Assembly (NCBI GenBank): GCA_963664405.1
Contig: OY761158.1
Span: forward strand, 1,440,001 to 1,504,000
Length of the DNA stretch: 64,000 bases
From: Thermoanaerobaculia bacterium
Lineage (GTDB): Bacteria > Acidobacteriota > Thermoanaerobaculia > Multivoradales > Multivoraceae
Direction: 5' to 3'
Under the pieces are notes generated by a model. That model made no database searches and had not been told where the DNA came from. It was given only the letters and a program-made list of their open reading frames with translations. Both the position numbers and the translations under genes were made by a program. This document shows, piece after piece, positions 30,602-39,217 of this stretch. Numbering within the stretch: position 1 is the first letter of the stretch; every line of letters begins with the position of its first letter.

Positions 30602-31434
30602 CCCTCCTCCGCTTCATTCTCGACTCGCGGCTCGATATAGGCATAGGCGTTATGAGCGTGGATCGACTCGAAGTTCTCCACTTCCACGGAGAACCACTTG
30701 ATGCGCGGGTCCTTGCGAAGAAGAATCGTGACTTCGCGGCTCAGGTCCTCGACGAAGCGCGGATTGTCGTAGGCCTTTTCGGTCACGAATTTCTCGTCTT
30801 GGCGTTTGAGCACGGGATAGAGGTCGCAACTGGCGGATGCTTCGATCCACTCGATCAGCTCCTCGATCCAGAGCTCGCCCTCGAAGCGGGCCTTGACTCG
30901 CACCAGACTCCGTTGATTGTGCGCCCCGCGGGCACTGATCTCTTTCGAGCAGGGGCAGAGGGTCGTCACCGGCACGTCCACCTGTACTACGAAGTCATTC
31001 ACGTTGCCGGCACAGGCGTCGAAACCGCAGACATAGGGCATGACCCCACGAGCGCCGGTGACCGGGGCTGACTTCTCGATGAAGTAGGGAAAGGTCACGT
31101 GAAAGTGGGCTGTCTCCGCCTCCAGGCGGGTGCGCATCGCCTCCAGAAGGGCGGGAATCTCGTCCACTCCGATGGCGCCATCGTGGGCATTCAGCACCTC
31201 GAGGAAGCGACTCATATGAGTCCCTTTGAAGTGCCCGGGGAGATCGACATACATATTGATCGTGCCCACGGTCGACTGGGTTCCCTTGCCGCGGTCCCGA
31301 ACCACGATGGGGTACTCGATGTTCTTCACTCCGACCTTGTCGATCTTGATCTCGCGCCGGTCGGCAGAGCCCTGCACGTCGGCAAGCTCGGAAGTGTTGA
31401 TTGCCTTGCGTACTTCGTCGATCACAGTGGTCAT
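30598..31434 (-). CDS. folE2: GTP cyclohydrolase I, type IB (FolE2)
   Basis: IDKVGV, KGTHMSRF, TTLCPCSKEIS..GAHNQRS, LKR.DEK, NPRFVED and ESIHAHNA motifs. Confidence 0.95.
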   Translation of the reverse strand: MTTVIDEVRKAINTSELADVQGSADRREIKIDKVGVKNIEYPIVVRDRGKGTQSTVGTINMYVDLPGHFKGTHMSRFLEVLNAHDGAIGVDEIPALLEAMRTRLEAETAHFHVTFPYFIEKSAPVTGARGVMPYVCGFDACAGNVNDFVVQVDVPVTTLCPCSKEISARGAHNQRSLVRVKARFEGELWIEELIEWIEASASCDLYPVLKRQDEKFVTEKAYDNPRFVEDLSREVTILLRKDPRIKWFSVEVENFESIHAHNAYAYIEPRVENEAEEG

Positions 31435-31470
31435 AGCAAGTTCTCCAAAAGAAAACGATATCGCAGAAAC

Positions 31471-31809
31471 CTAAGGCGTGTCCCGAGATGCCATACGCCG
31501 AGACTCGATCACTTTCATCTTGCGCTCCACCTCGCTGGCGAGGTCGACGCCCCTCGTGTTCGCATAGTTGAGGATAGCGATCACGACATCCGCGGCTTCA
31601 TCTTCGAAAGCCGCAGCATCCTGTTGCTGCCCCCGCCAAGCCTTCTTCTCGAGATTCGCAAGCTCGCCGGCTTCGCCACAGAGCTCGAGCGCAAAAAAGC
31701 TGGTGGAGCGCTGAGGAAAAGCAGCCTCCTGATAGCGATCGAACTCCTTCTGCAGGGAACGCAGTCCCTCATAAGAGGAAGGAAGCATGGCAGGACTCAG
31801 GTCGGACAT
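31471..31809 (-). CDS. MazG-like nucleotide pyrophosphohydrolase (small all-alpha)
   Basis: ELCGEAGELAN (ExxE), EDEAADV (ExxD), GVDL..EV.RKM; GGAG ribosome-binding site before the ATG at 31809. Confidence 0.85.
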   Translation of the reverse strand: MSDLSPAMLPSSYEGLRSLQKEFDRYQEAAFPQRSTSFFALELCGEAGELANLEKKAWRGQQQDAAAFEDEAADVVIAILNYANTRGVDLASEVERKMKVIESRRMASRDTP

Positions 31810-31843
31810 GGTCTTCTCCACATCGAGTTGGATCACGCCTGGC

Positions 31844-32340
31844 GGGCACTCACACCGCGAGCTCTGCACCATAGGAGATTCCCCTCCTCGGGGCAACTCG
31901 ACCCCTTCGGGTTGGGTTCTCGTAGCTGGGGCCTCCGGGCTGGGGCCTCGCTCCGAAGAGCCGGCTGCCGGGGCGCGAGGCGTTCCCTGCTCGCTCGGCT
32001 CTCTGAGCCCGTCGCGCGTCGGTCGTCGCAGCCGAGCGGCTCCGTGCTCACGGACCCAATCACCCCTGCCTGGGCCGAGCCGGTTTCGGCGCTTTCGTAG
32101 AGAACCGCGGTAGGAAACTGGCCTGCGCAGTACTAGGAACCTAATCCCGGCTCGGCACGACGGGCTACGCCTCGGCTGCGCCGGGAACGCCTCACGCCCC
32201 TTCACCGGCTCTGAAGCTCGTCCCCTGCGCTAGATGCAGACCCGCGCCCCTCGGAGGAAGACCAGAGCGCTGACGCCTACGATCCTTCAGGTGGGTAGCC
32301 TGCGAATCTCAGGTGCTCACACTCCCTCAGCTGTGTGCCC
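31844..32340 (-). ncRNA. Candidate large structured RNA / leader (~500 nt)
   Basis: Nested long-range complementarities: 31844-49/32335-40, 31866-70/32312-16, 31875-81/32304-10, 31957-64/32205-12, 31970-87/32183-200, 32074-83/32147-56. Crossing pairs: 32006-17/32155-66 and 32027-36/32171-80. Two C.A mismatches on + become G.U pairs on -. Confidence 0.6.
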
Positions 32341-32382
32341 TCGGGAGGCGACGAAGAGTCGGCGAGGGAGAGGGGGGCGCAT

Positions 32383-32403
32383 TAATGCTGAGCGCACTCA
32401 TAG
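32383..32403. promoter_or_regulatory. Possible Fur/Zur-family operator between the divergent operons
   Basis: TAATG-N11-CATAG imperfect dyad in the only AT-richer patch of the intergenic region; weak. Confidence 0.25.
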
Positions 32404-32525
32404 GAGCGGCCGCCGTTCACCCCGAGGAGCACCCGCCCCCCTCCGGCCCCCTCGCAGCCCCCCCTCCGCGTCGGGGGCCCCAGCCAAGAGCGCGAGCCGC
32501 TGGTTCTTGATAATCTGGCAGATCC

Positions 32526-33557
32526 ATGACGACGGTGACCGACCCAGGAATCGCTCCGCCGCGGAGGGCGGCGAAGAAGCACGATCTACGGATACGGCCC
32601 CGCCGGAATCGGGTGAGCGCGGCGATTCGCTCGATGGTGCGGGAAACGGAGCTCTCCGCCGCCCATCTCATTTATCCCCTCTTCGTTGTCGACGGGCAAG
32701 GGCAGAAGGAGCCCATTGGCTCCATGCCAGGAGTATCGCGCCTCTCGATCGACCTGCTGCTCGATGAAGCCGCGGCTGCGGCTGCGCTGGGAGTGCCGGC
32801 AGTTGCCCTCTTCCCAGCCCTCCCGGACACTCTCAAAGACCGCTTCGCGACCGAGTCGACCAACCCGACGGGCCTGCTCCAGAAGACGGTGAGAGAGCTC
32901 AAGAGCGCGCTCCCCGAACTGATGGTGATCACCGATGTCGCCATGGACCCCTACTCGAGCGACGGTCACGACGGCCTGGTCGAGGACGGCAAGATCGTCA
33001 ACGACGAGACCCTCGACATCCTCGCCGCGATGGCGGTCTCCCAGGCCGAAGCGGGCGCCGACATGGTCGCCCCGTCAGATATGATGGACGGCCGGGTGGG
33101 AGTGTTGCGCAGCGCCCTGGACGAGAGCGGCTTCCAGGACGTCGGCATCCTCGCCTACTCCGCCAAATACGCATCCTCTTTCTACGGACCCTTCCGCGAA
33201 GCCCTCGACTCCGAGCCCCGCGGCGGCGACAAGAAGACCTACCAGATGGATCCTGCGAACGTACGTGAGGCCCTGCGCGAGGTGGAGCTGGATGTCCGCG
33301 AAGGCGCCGACATAGTGATGGTCAAGCCCGCTCTGCCCTACCTCGACGTCATCCGCAGGGTGAAGGAAGCTGTCGACGTGCCGGTCGCTGCCTATCAAGT
33401 CAGCGGCGAGTACGCGATGATCCAGGCCGCCGCCGAGAGAGGTTGGATGGAAGCTGACGCCCTGATGATCGAGTCCCTCACCGGGATCCGGCGAGCGGGC
33501 GCCGATGTCATCCTGACCTACTTCGCCCGCCGTCTGGCCGAGGTGCTGGCTCGATGA
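32526..33557 (+). CDS. hemB: Porphobilinogen synthase, non-zinc (Asp-rich) type
   Basis: [14 protein letters not shown] in place of the Cys-rich DxCxCx7C site; [21 protein letters not shown] and YQVSGEY motifs. Confidence 0.96.
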   Translation: MTTVTDPGIAPPRRAAKKHDLRIRPRRNRVSAAIRSMVRETELSAAHLIYPLFVVDGQGQKEPIGSMPGVSRLSIDLLLDEAAAAAALGVPAVALFPALPDTLKDRFATESTNPTGLLQKTVRELKSALPELMVITDVAMDPYSSDGHDGLVEDGKIVNDETLDILAAMAVSQAEAGADMVAPSDMMDGRVGVLRSALDESGFQDVGILAYSAKYASSFYGPFREALDSEPRGGDKKTYQMDPANVREALREVELDVREGADIVMVKPALPYLDVIRRVKEAVDVPVAAYQVSGEYAMIQAAAERGWMEADALMIESLTGIRRAGADVILTYFARRLAEVLAR

Positions 33558-34042
33558 GTGAAGACGCCTCGCAGCCCTTCGCCGCCCGCACTAGCGTCGA
33601 GCAGGTCGAAGAAGGACACGAGCTGGCGCCGAAGTTCGACGACAACGGTCTCATCCCCGCGATCACCACCGACGCCACCACCGGCGAGGTGTTGATGCAC
33701 GGCTACATGAATGAGGCTGCCCTACGGCAGACTCTCGAGCTCGGCGAAGCCGTCTACTGGAGCCGAAGCCGCCAGGCCTTGTGGCACAAGGGAGCCACCA
33801 GCGGCCTGGTGCAACGCGTCGTCGAGATCCGCATCGACGACGACCAGGATGCGATCTGGCTCCGAGTGGAGTCGGTGGGCGGAGCCAGCTGCCACGTCGG
33901 CTATCGCTCCTGCTTCTATCGCCGCATCCCCCTCGCGGCCGAGAGCAGCGAGGGCGACACCCGCCTAGTATTCACCGAAGAGGAAAAGGTCTTCGACCCC
34001 GAAGAAGTCTACGGCGACGCACCAAACCCGACTCGTCTCTAG
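33554..34042 (+). CDS. hisI: Phosphoribosyl-AMP cyclohydrolase (first Cys replaced by Asp)
   Basis: [17 protein letters not shown]; DDDQD instead of DCDxD; CHVGYRSCF. Confidence 0.93.
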   Translation: MSEDASQPFAARTSVEQVEEGHELAPKFDDNGLIPAITTDATTGEVLMHGYMNEAALRQTLELGEAVYWSRSRQALWHKGATSGLVQRVVEIRIDDDQDAIWLRVESVGGASCHVGYRSCFYRRIPLAAESSEGDTRLVFTEEEKVFDPEEVYGDAPNPTRL

Positions 34043-34203
34043 ACCCAGCGTCGCGCCTGGGGCGGCATGGCCGGGGCGTCTGACAGCGAGGCGATCTCGA
34101 AGGGGCCGGAGGCAGGCGGCGCGCCAATCACCTCGGCAGCTGAGTCGCGACCCTCGGCTGACCCCAGATACGAAACGAATCAAGGATAACCATAGAGATA
34201 GAG

Positions 34204-35259
34204 GTGACGCTCTGTAGACAAATAGTATCGATTTGCCTCCTCCTCCCGACCATGGCTCTCGTGGCTTGCTCAGGTAGCAGTGAAACCAACGACGAGCAGA
34301 AGCTGATCGACGTCAGCTACGAAAATTACAATCAGGCTGAGACAGCTCGGAACTTCGACAACTGGGCCAAGTTGGGCAGCAACAACAGCATGTTGCACCT
34401 CGAGGAACTGTCGCCCATCGGCCCCGATGCTCCGACCATCCGAATGAATCTCGACACCCTCTACAGCGTCGGCGTCTATGACAATGACGGCGAGATGAGC
34501 GTTACGATTCCCGATTCCGACCTCTACCAGACGGTGATGATCCTCGATACCGATGGCTACACGCCCTTCTTCCTTTCCGAGCCCGGAACCCACCTTGTGA
34601 AGCATGACTCCGATTACTTGTTCATCGCCGTTCGCACTGGGATCGAGGATCGGCATGATGAGGCCTCCTTCGAAGAGGCTTACGTGGTGCAGGAGGGGAT
34701 CAAGGTGGAAGGAAACGGAACGAAGCCGTATGTGATGCCTGCGTTCGATCAGGAGCAGCTTCACGCCCTCACCGCCGAGTAAAACAAGAAGATGCTCGAG
34801 GCAAAAGTGCCCTTCGTCTATGGCGACGGAACGACGCCCGTCAACGAGGAGCACCGAACCTGGTCGAACGGGGCCGGCTGGGGAGGGATGGCCACCGAGG
34901 TGGGTAGGTCGAACACCTACAATTCGTCAGAGACGTTGCCTGGCGATACATGCATGGCCATTACGTTTCCCGAGACCGGCAACAAGTTCTTTACCTCCTT
35001 CACCATCTACGACACGAATGGCTATCTCATGGAGGGCAACAGCCACATCAACAGCTATACATGGAAGCCGAATGACGACGGCTCTACCACCATCCACTTC
35101 AACTGCGAGGGAGAGCAGGACAATATTGAGTCCAACGGCAACGAGTTCAACTACATCGTACGCAACTACGGTGTAAGCCAGGAAGTCATCGACCTAAAGA
35201 TCAACCCGGTGAAGCCTGAGCCGGTACTGTCGGATCCAGAGAAGGTCGAAGGGAACTAA
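34204..35259 (+). pseudogene. DUF1254/DUF1214-like lipoprotein with an internal TAA at 34780-82
   Basis: Lipobox LVAC; IRMNLDTLYS, FFTSFTIY and DGSTTIHF motifs; the reading frame continues unchanged after GAG TAA AAC AAG AAG. Confidence 0.78.
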
Positions 35260-35304
35260 GGCCTGCATACGATCAATAGTTTCGAGGCGCCGCCAAAGCT
35301 ATCG

Positions 35305-35640
35305 TCATGCGCTCTGCGCCCTCTGAATGTGTCCAATGATGCGCCTGGCGATTTCCTCAGACCCTTCCTCAGACGTATCCAGCGTTAGCGCGTTTGCGTG
35401 AGGTACCTCGAGCACTTCGAAGTCTTCAAGGTATCGAGCGATGTTGGTCACGTCAATGTCCTTCAATCGCGCCCTGCGGTCCGGTGAGTCCTTGCGTTCG
35501 CGGAGGGTCTTCGCATCACACGTGAGCCACACCGGAAAGAAGCCGGCTCCCCGGTCGATCGCCAACTGCTCGATCCGGCGAAACAACGCAGCAGCGCCAT
35601 CGTTGTTAGCCTCCAGCACATTCGTGAAGACGAAACTGTC
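35305..35640 (-). pseudogene. C-terminal remnant of a P-loop kinase-like protein
   Basis: SFVFTN.L, PVWLTCD..TLRER, LTLDTS...EEIARRI; no N-terminal Walker A present. Confidence 0.5.
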
Positions 35641-35715
35641 GCTGGGGGGGCTGCTAAGACCCTTCGGCTGTTCGCAAGTAGTCGATTGCATAGACGCCAC
35701 GCGACCCTCTCTAAC

Positions 35716-36243
35716 GTGTCATTCGATTATCAACCAAGTCTGAAAGGCGAGTTTGTCGAGCTCAGGCCACTTCGGGCTGAAGACTATGACGACTTGTACG
35801 CTGTCGCTGCCGATCCGCTCATATGGGAACAACACCCGGCCAGAAATCGTCACGAAGGAGCGGTCTTCCGTGCATTCTTTTCCGAGGCACTAGCGTCCGG
35901 CGGCGCCTTGATCGTCATTGATAGCAACAGTCAGCGAACTATTGGATCTTCGCGGTTTCACGGTTTCGATCCTGAGCGACGCGAGGTCGAGATTGGCTGG
36001 ACGTTCTTGGCTCGATCCCACTGGGGCGGCACCTACAACGGTGAGATGAAGCGGCTGATGCTGCGGCACGCCTTCACTTTCGTGAGTACCGTCGTCTTTC
36101 TCGTGGGTCTCGACAACATCCGTTCGCAGCGCTCCGTGGAAAAAATCGGCGCTGTTCGCGCTGGAACGAGACCCGACGCGGGCGGGAGAGACAGCTACGT
36201 TTATCGGATTGCTGCCTCTGCGTTCGGAAAGTCGGACGTTTGA
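35716..36243 (+). CDS. GNAT N-acetyltransferase (RimJ/RimL-like)
   Basis: LRPL, EIGWTFLARSHWGG.YN and NIRSQRSVEKIG motifs. Confidence 0.9.
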   Translation: MSFDYQPSLKGEFVELRPLRAEDYDDLYAVAADPLIWEQHPARNRHEGAVFRAFFSEALASGGALIVIDSNSQRTIGSSRFHGFDPERREVEIGWTFLARSHWGGTYNGEMKRLMLRHAFTFVSTVVFLVGLDNIRSQRSVEKIGAVRAGTRPDAGGRDSYVYRIAASAFGKSDV

Positions 36244-36466
36244 CGTCGCGATGGCGCTATTCTTCGATGAGAACGGCCTCTTCATGCCGGATCCGGAGCA
36301 TTCGGGCTCAGAAGATCGCTTCGTGCTCCTTGGTCTGAGTCAGGCGTTGAAGCTCTTAGTCGTGTGCCACTGCTACCGCGAGAGAGAAGAGATCATTCGG
36401 ATCATTAGCGCACGAAAGGCTGATCGATCGGAGCGTCGACAATACGGCGAACGGATACCAAAATGA
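36236..36466 (+). pseudogene. brnT: BrnT-family toxin, N-terminally truncated
   Basis: DPEHS..EDRFVLLG...LLVVCH...IRIISARKA..ERRQY; lacks the N-terminal FEWD..K...N.KHG segment and a proper start. Confidence 0.78.
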
Positions 36467-36680
36467 AAAAGAGCTACGATTTTTCGAAAGCGAAACGGAA
36501 TCCTTACGCCAAGCGACTGAAGAAGCAGATCACCATCCGCATCGCCACCCCGCACTAGACTATTTCCGAGATCTCTCGGAGGAGCTCGGTATTCCGTACC
36601 AGACGCTCATCAACCTCTATCTGAGCGACTGTGCAAGGACGGAGAAGCGGCCATCCTTGAAGTGGAGGGCTTCGAACTGA
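36463..36680 (+). pseudogene. brnA: BrnA-family antitoxin with a 1-nt frameshift
   Basis: MKKSYDFSKAKRNPYAKRLKKQITIRI, then after the C-run near 36550 in a shifted frame LDYFRDLSEELGIPYQTLINLYLSDC. Confidence 0.82.
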
Positions 36681-36835
36681 GCGGCCGTACAGAGCTGTAA
36701 CTGAACCAGAGCGCCACCCGAGAAGATTTGACGTCTGCTCCACCAACCTTTGAGATATTCGGGTGGCACCCAGATGTTCGGGTCGCACGAAGCGACCTTC
36801 TGGCAGGGAGCGCCGGCCGTCATCGAAAGCGTGGA

Positions 36836-36991
36836 GAGCGGCCGAGCTGGGTGCGGCGTGGGGGGTCGCGGGGACCGGGCGGCGCAGCATAATTCTACCG
36901 TCGCAATTCGGCTTCAACGCCTGCGCCTCATGCCACCCGCGGAGCCGCCCGGTCCCCGCGACCCCCACGCCTGCACCCAGCTCGGCCGCTC
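36836..36991. repeat. Long GC-rich inverted repeat (about 48-bp arms)
   Basis: GAGCGGCCGAGCTGGGTGC..GGTCGCGGGGACCGGGCGGC (36836-83) vs GCCGCCCGGTCCCCGCGACC..GCACCCAGCTCGGCCGCTC (36944-91). Confidence 0.85.
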
Positions 36992-37030
36992 GTTCGGAGC
37001 GACGCCCCAGGCGCCCACCCCGCTCCGCCC

Positions 37031-37741
37031 TCAAGACCCCTTGCGGACGAAGACGACTTGGAGGTCGCGCTTGGCGGGGTCCATGGTCCATAGGCCGAGC
37101 TCTTCGTCGACCATCGCTCCGGGGGGGAGGTCCGGGAGCTCTTCTCGTGGCGGGATCGAGCTTTCTGCCACCTCCCAGGCTCCGCCGGCCTCGGCGACGT
37201 TAGCCATGACGACCTCGAGGTCGGGGAAGGCTTTGTTCAGGACTCGGACTCGGACCCTCTCGGCGAGCTCAGGGGCTTCGGCGAACGCGAACTCGAGCAT
37301 GTAGACGAAGAACCCCTCGGTGCCCTTGCCGTTGATCGGCGTATCCACCGGGCGCCAGCTTCCCGCCGGGGAGCGCCCGTCGATCTCGAGGATGAGCTCC
37401 TTGGCGAAGCTCTCGAGCCGCGCATCGCGGTACTTGTCCTCGAGCGCCTCGAAGCCGCCCGCCTCGATCTCGGCCAACAGATCGACATCGGCGTAGAACT
37501 CCTTGAAGTCCGCCACCAGCTCGATCGTCGGTACCTCGAGGACGACCACCGCCTCCAGGCCCTCTTCGTCCAGAGATATCGCACTCTTCGCCGAGTGGAA
37601 GGTCGGCCAGAAGAAATGGGCCGCGGCGGCCTCGGCCAGCACGATACAGAGGAAGAAGGTGATGACTGCGACGTGGGTCGGCACGCACCCCACGAAAACG
37701 CGCAGAGTCGAAGCGCGCGTCGGGTTCAATGGCTCATGCAA
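37031..37741 (-). CDS. Hypothetical exported protein
   Basis: Signal-like segment followed by AHFFWPTFH; acidic body. Confidence 0.65.
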   Translation of the reverse strand: MHEPLNPTRASTLRVFVGCVPTHVAVITFFLCIVLAEAAAAHFFWPTFHSAKSAISLDEEGLEAVVVLEVPTIELVADFKEFYADVDLLAEIEAGGFEALEDKYRDARLESFAKELILEIDGRSPAGSWRPVDTPINGKGTEGFFVYMLEFAFAEAPELAERVRVRVLNKAFPDLEVVMANVAEAGGAWEVAESSIPPREELPDLPPGAMVDEELGLWTMDPAKRDLQVVFVRKGS

Positions 37742-37829
37742 AGGGAGGGACTCCAGGACCGCTGGACAACCTATAATCCGCCCCTACCCATGTCAACGAA
37801 GCAGCCCAGCGGGCGGAGCTCACCAGAAG

Positions 37830-38474
37830 ATGCTGGTTTCTAGCGGGAGACTCGCCGCACTCCTCCTGCTGGCCGCCGGCTGCCAGTCCTCTAGCGACCC
37901 GGGCGGCGATGCGACTGAGGCGTCGGCGCAGTTTCGGGAGCTGCACCGCCGTGTGTACGATGTCTACGAGCTGGGAACCGATAGAGATGCGGTGCATGAC
38001 CTCCTATCGCAGATCTTCGCCGGCAAAGAGCTCACTCGCGAGTATCTCGAGCATTGGACCACGCTCTCTCGGATGCAGGCCGAAGGCACGGCCATCGATG
38101 TGCTCGCTGTCGACTACGAAGCCGTCGAGGTCGCCACCTCGAGCGACGACCGACTGGTGATCGAGGCCGACTGGAGCGTCGGCGGCATTGTCAGCCACCA
38201 GCTCCATAAACATCATCGGGTGAACCGATACCGAGCGGCCTACACTCTCGCGGCACTGACAGACGATCCCGATCAGCTACGCATCGTGGAGACGCGGCTG
38301 CGCAGCGCCGAGCGTGTCGGGACCCCGATGACCGGCTCCGGAGCCTTCCCGCTCGAAGACCTCCCGACTTCCGAGCGGGGGTTCGTCGGACCTGCCGAGC
38401 TCCTGGCAAGCGGGCTACTTGACGGCGATGACTCGAGTGCAGGCGAGGAGCAGAACGAGGAGGTCGCACCATGA
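37830..38474 (+). CDS. Hypothetical lipoprotein
   Basis: Lipobox AAGC; WSVGGIVSHQLHKHHRVNRY His cluster; overlaps the ABC ATPase start. Confidence 0.7.
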   Translation: MLVSSGRLAALLLLAAGCQSSSDPGGDATEASAQFRELHRRVYDVYELGTDRDAVHDLLSQIFAGKELTREYLEHWTTLSRMQAEGTAIDVLAVDYEAVEVATSSDDRLVIEADWSVGGIVSHQLHKHHRVNRYRAAYTLAALTDDPDQLRIVETRLRSAERVGTPMTGSGAFPLEDLPTSERGFVGPAELLASGLLDGDDSSAGEEQNEEVAP

Positions 38475-39217
38475 CCTCAGGAAAACCCACCGAAGAAGCG
38501 GAGACGAGCGTCCGCATTGCGAATCTGCGCTTCGCGTATCCGTCTCCGCATCCGAGCCGGCAGCGCTCCTTCACTCTGGCCGTCGACACCTGGAGGGTTG
38601 CGCAAGGCAGCAGAGTCGGCCTCTTTGGACCTTCGGGCTGCGGCAAGTCGACGCTCCTCAACCTGATCGGAGGCGTTCTCCAACCCCAGCAGGGCCGCAT
38701 CACGGTCGAGGGTCTCGAGCTGAGCACCCTCACAGATGCCGAAAGACGGGCGCATCGCATCCGGAACATCGGCTTCATCTTTCAAGACTTCCCTCTCGTC
38801 GACTACCTCGACGTCAACGAGAACGTGCTCTTCCCCTATCGCCTCAACTCCGCTCTGCGCCTTAATAACGATGCTCGAGATCGCGCGCGAACGCTTCTCG
38901 GGGATCTCGGCCTCGAAGACAAAGCGCAGCGACGCCCGCGCTCCCTCTCCAGCGGTGAGCGCCAACGCGTCGCGATTGCCCGAGCTCTCGTAACTCAACC
39001 GCGACTCCTGCTCGCCGACGAGCCAACAGCGGGCCTCGACCCGGACCAGAGCCTGGCCGTCGTGCGTCTCCTCGAAGAGGTGAGCGCCCGCCAGAATCTC
39101 ACCCTGCTGATGGTGACCCACGACCCTTCCCTGCTCGAGCTCTTCGACGAAGTCCTGGCGGTGGCCGACTACAACGAAGAGCTTGCCCGAAGAGTGGAGC
39201 CATCGGATGCTGCGTGA
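38471..39217 (+). CDS. ABC transporter ATP-binding protein (LolD/MacB-like)
   Basis: GPSGCGKST, LSSGERQRV, LLADEPT and VTHD motifs. Confidence 0.95.
   Translation: MTSGKPTEEAETSVRIANLRFAYPSPHPSRQRSFTLAVDTWRVAQGSRVGLFGPSGCGKSTLLNLIGGVLQPQQGRITVEGLELSTLTDAERRAHRIRNIGFIFQDFPLVDYLDVNENVLFPYRLNSALRLNNDARDRARTLLGDLGLEDKAQRRPRSLSSGERQRVAIARALVTQPRLLLADEPTAGLDPDQSLAVVRLLEEVSARQNLTLLMVTHDPSLLELFDEVLAVADYNEELARRVEPSDAA

Noticed and set aside
29963-31809. 7-deazapurine or modified-base biosynthesis cluster
   Set aside because: No queD/queE/queC or dpdA nearby, and the PRTase has canonical orotate PRTase motifs.
31810-32205. 131-aa N-terminal extension of the MazG-like ORF
   Set aside because: Arg/Pro/Gly-rich with no recognisable domain; a good RBS precedes the ATG at 31809; the region is better explained by RNA pairing.
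31844-32340. Identity as RNase P RNA, tmRNA, group II intron or cobalamin riboswitch
   Set aside because: No GAGGAAAGUCC/AGAACCCGGCUUA, no tRNA-like ends with CCA, no domain V and no B12-box found by eye. An Rfam scan is still needed.
34780-34782. Stop-codon reassignment or programmed readthrough of TAA
   Set aside because: TAA ends other genes normally (20145-47, 35257-59); one nonsense change or error is simpler.
34204-36780. Integron cassette array
   Set aside because: Gene content is cassette-like, but I found no convincing attC (RYYYAAC...GTTRRRY) sites and no integrase, and orientations are mixed.
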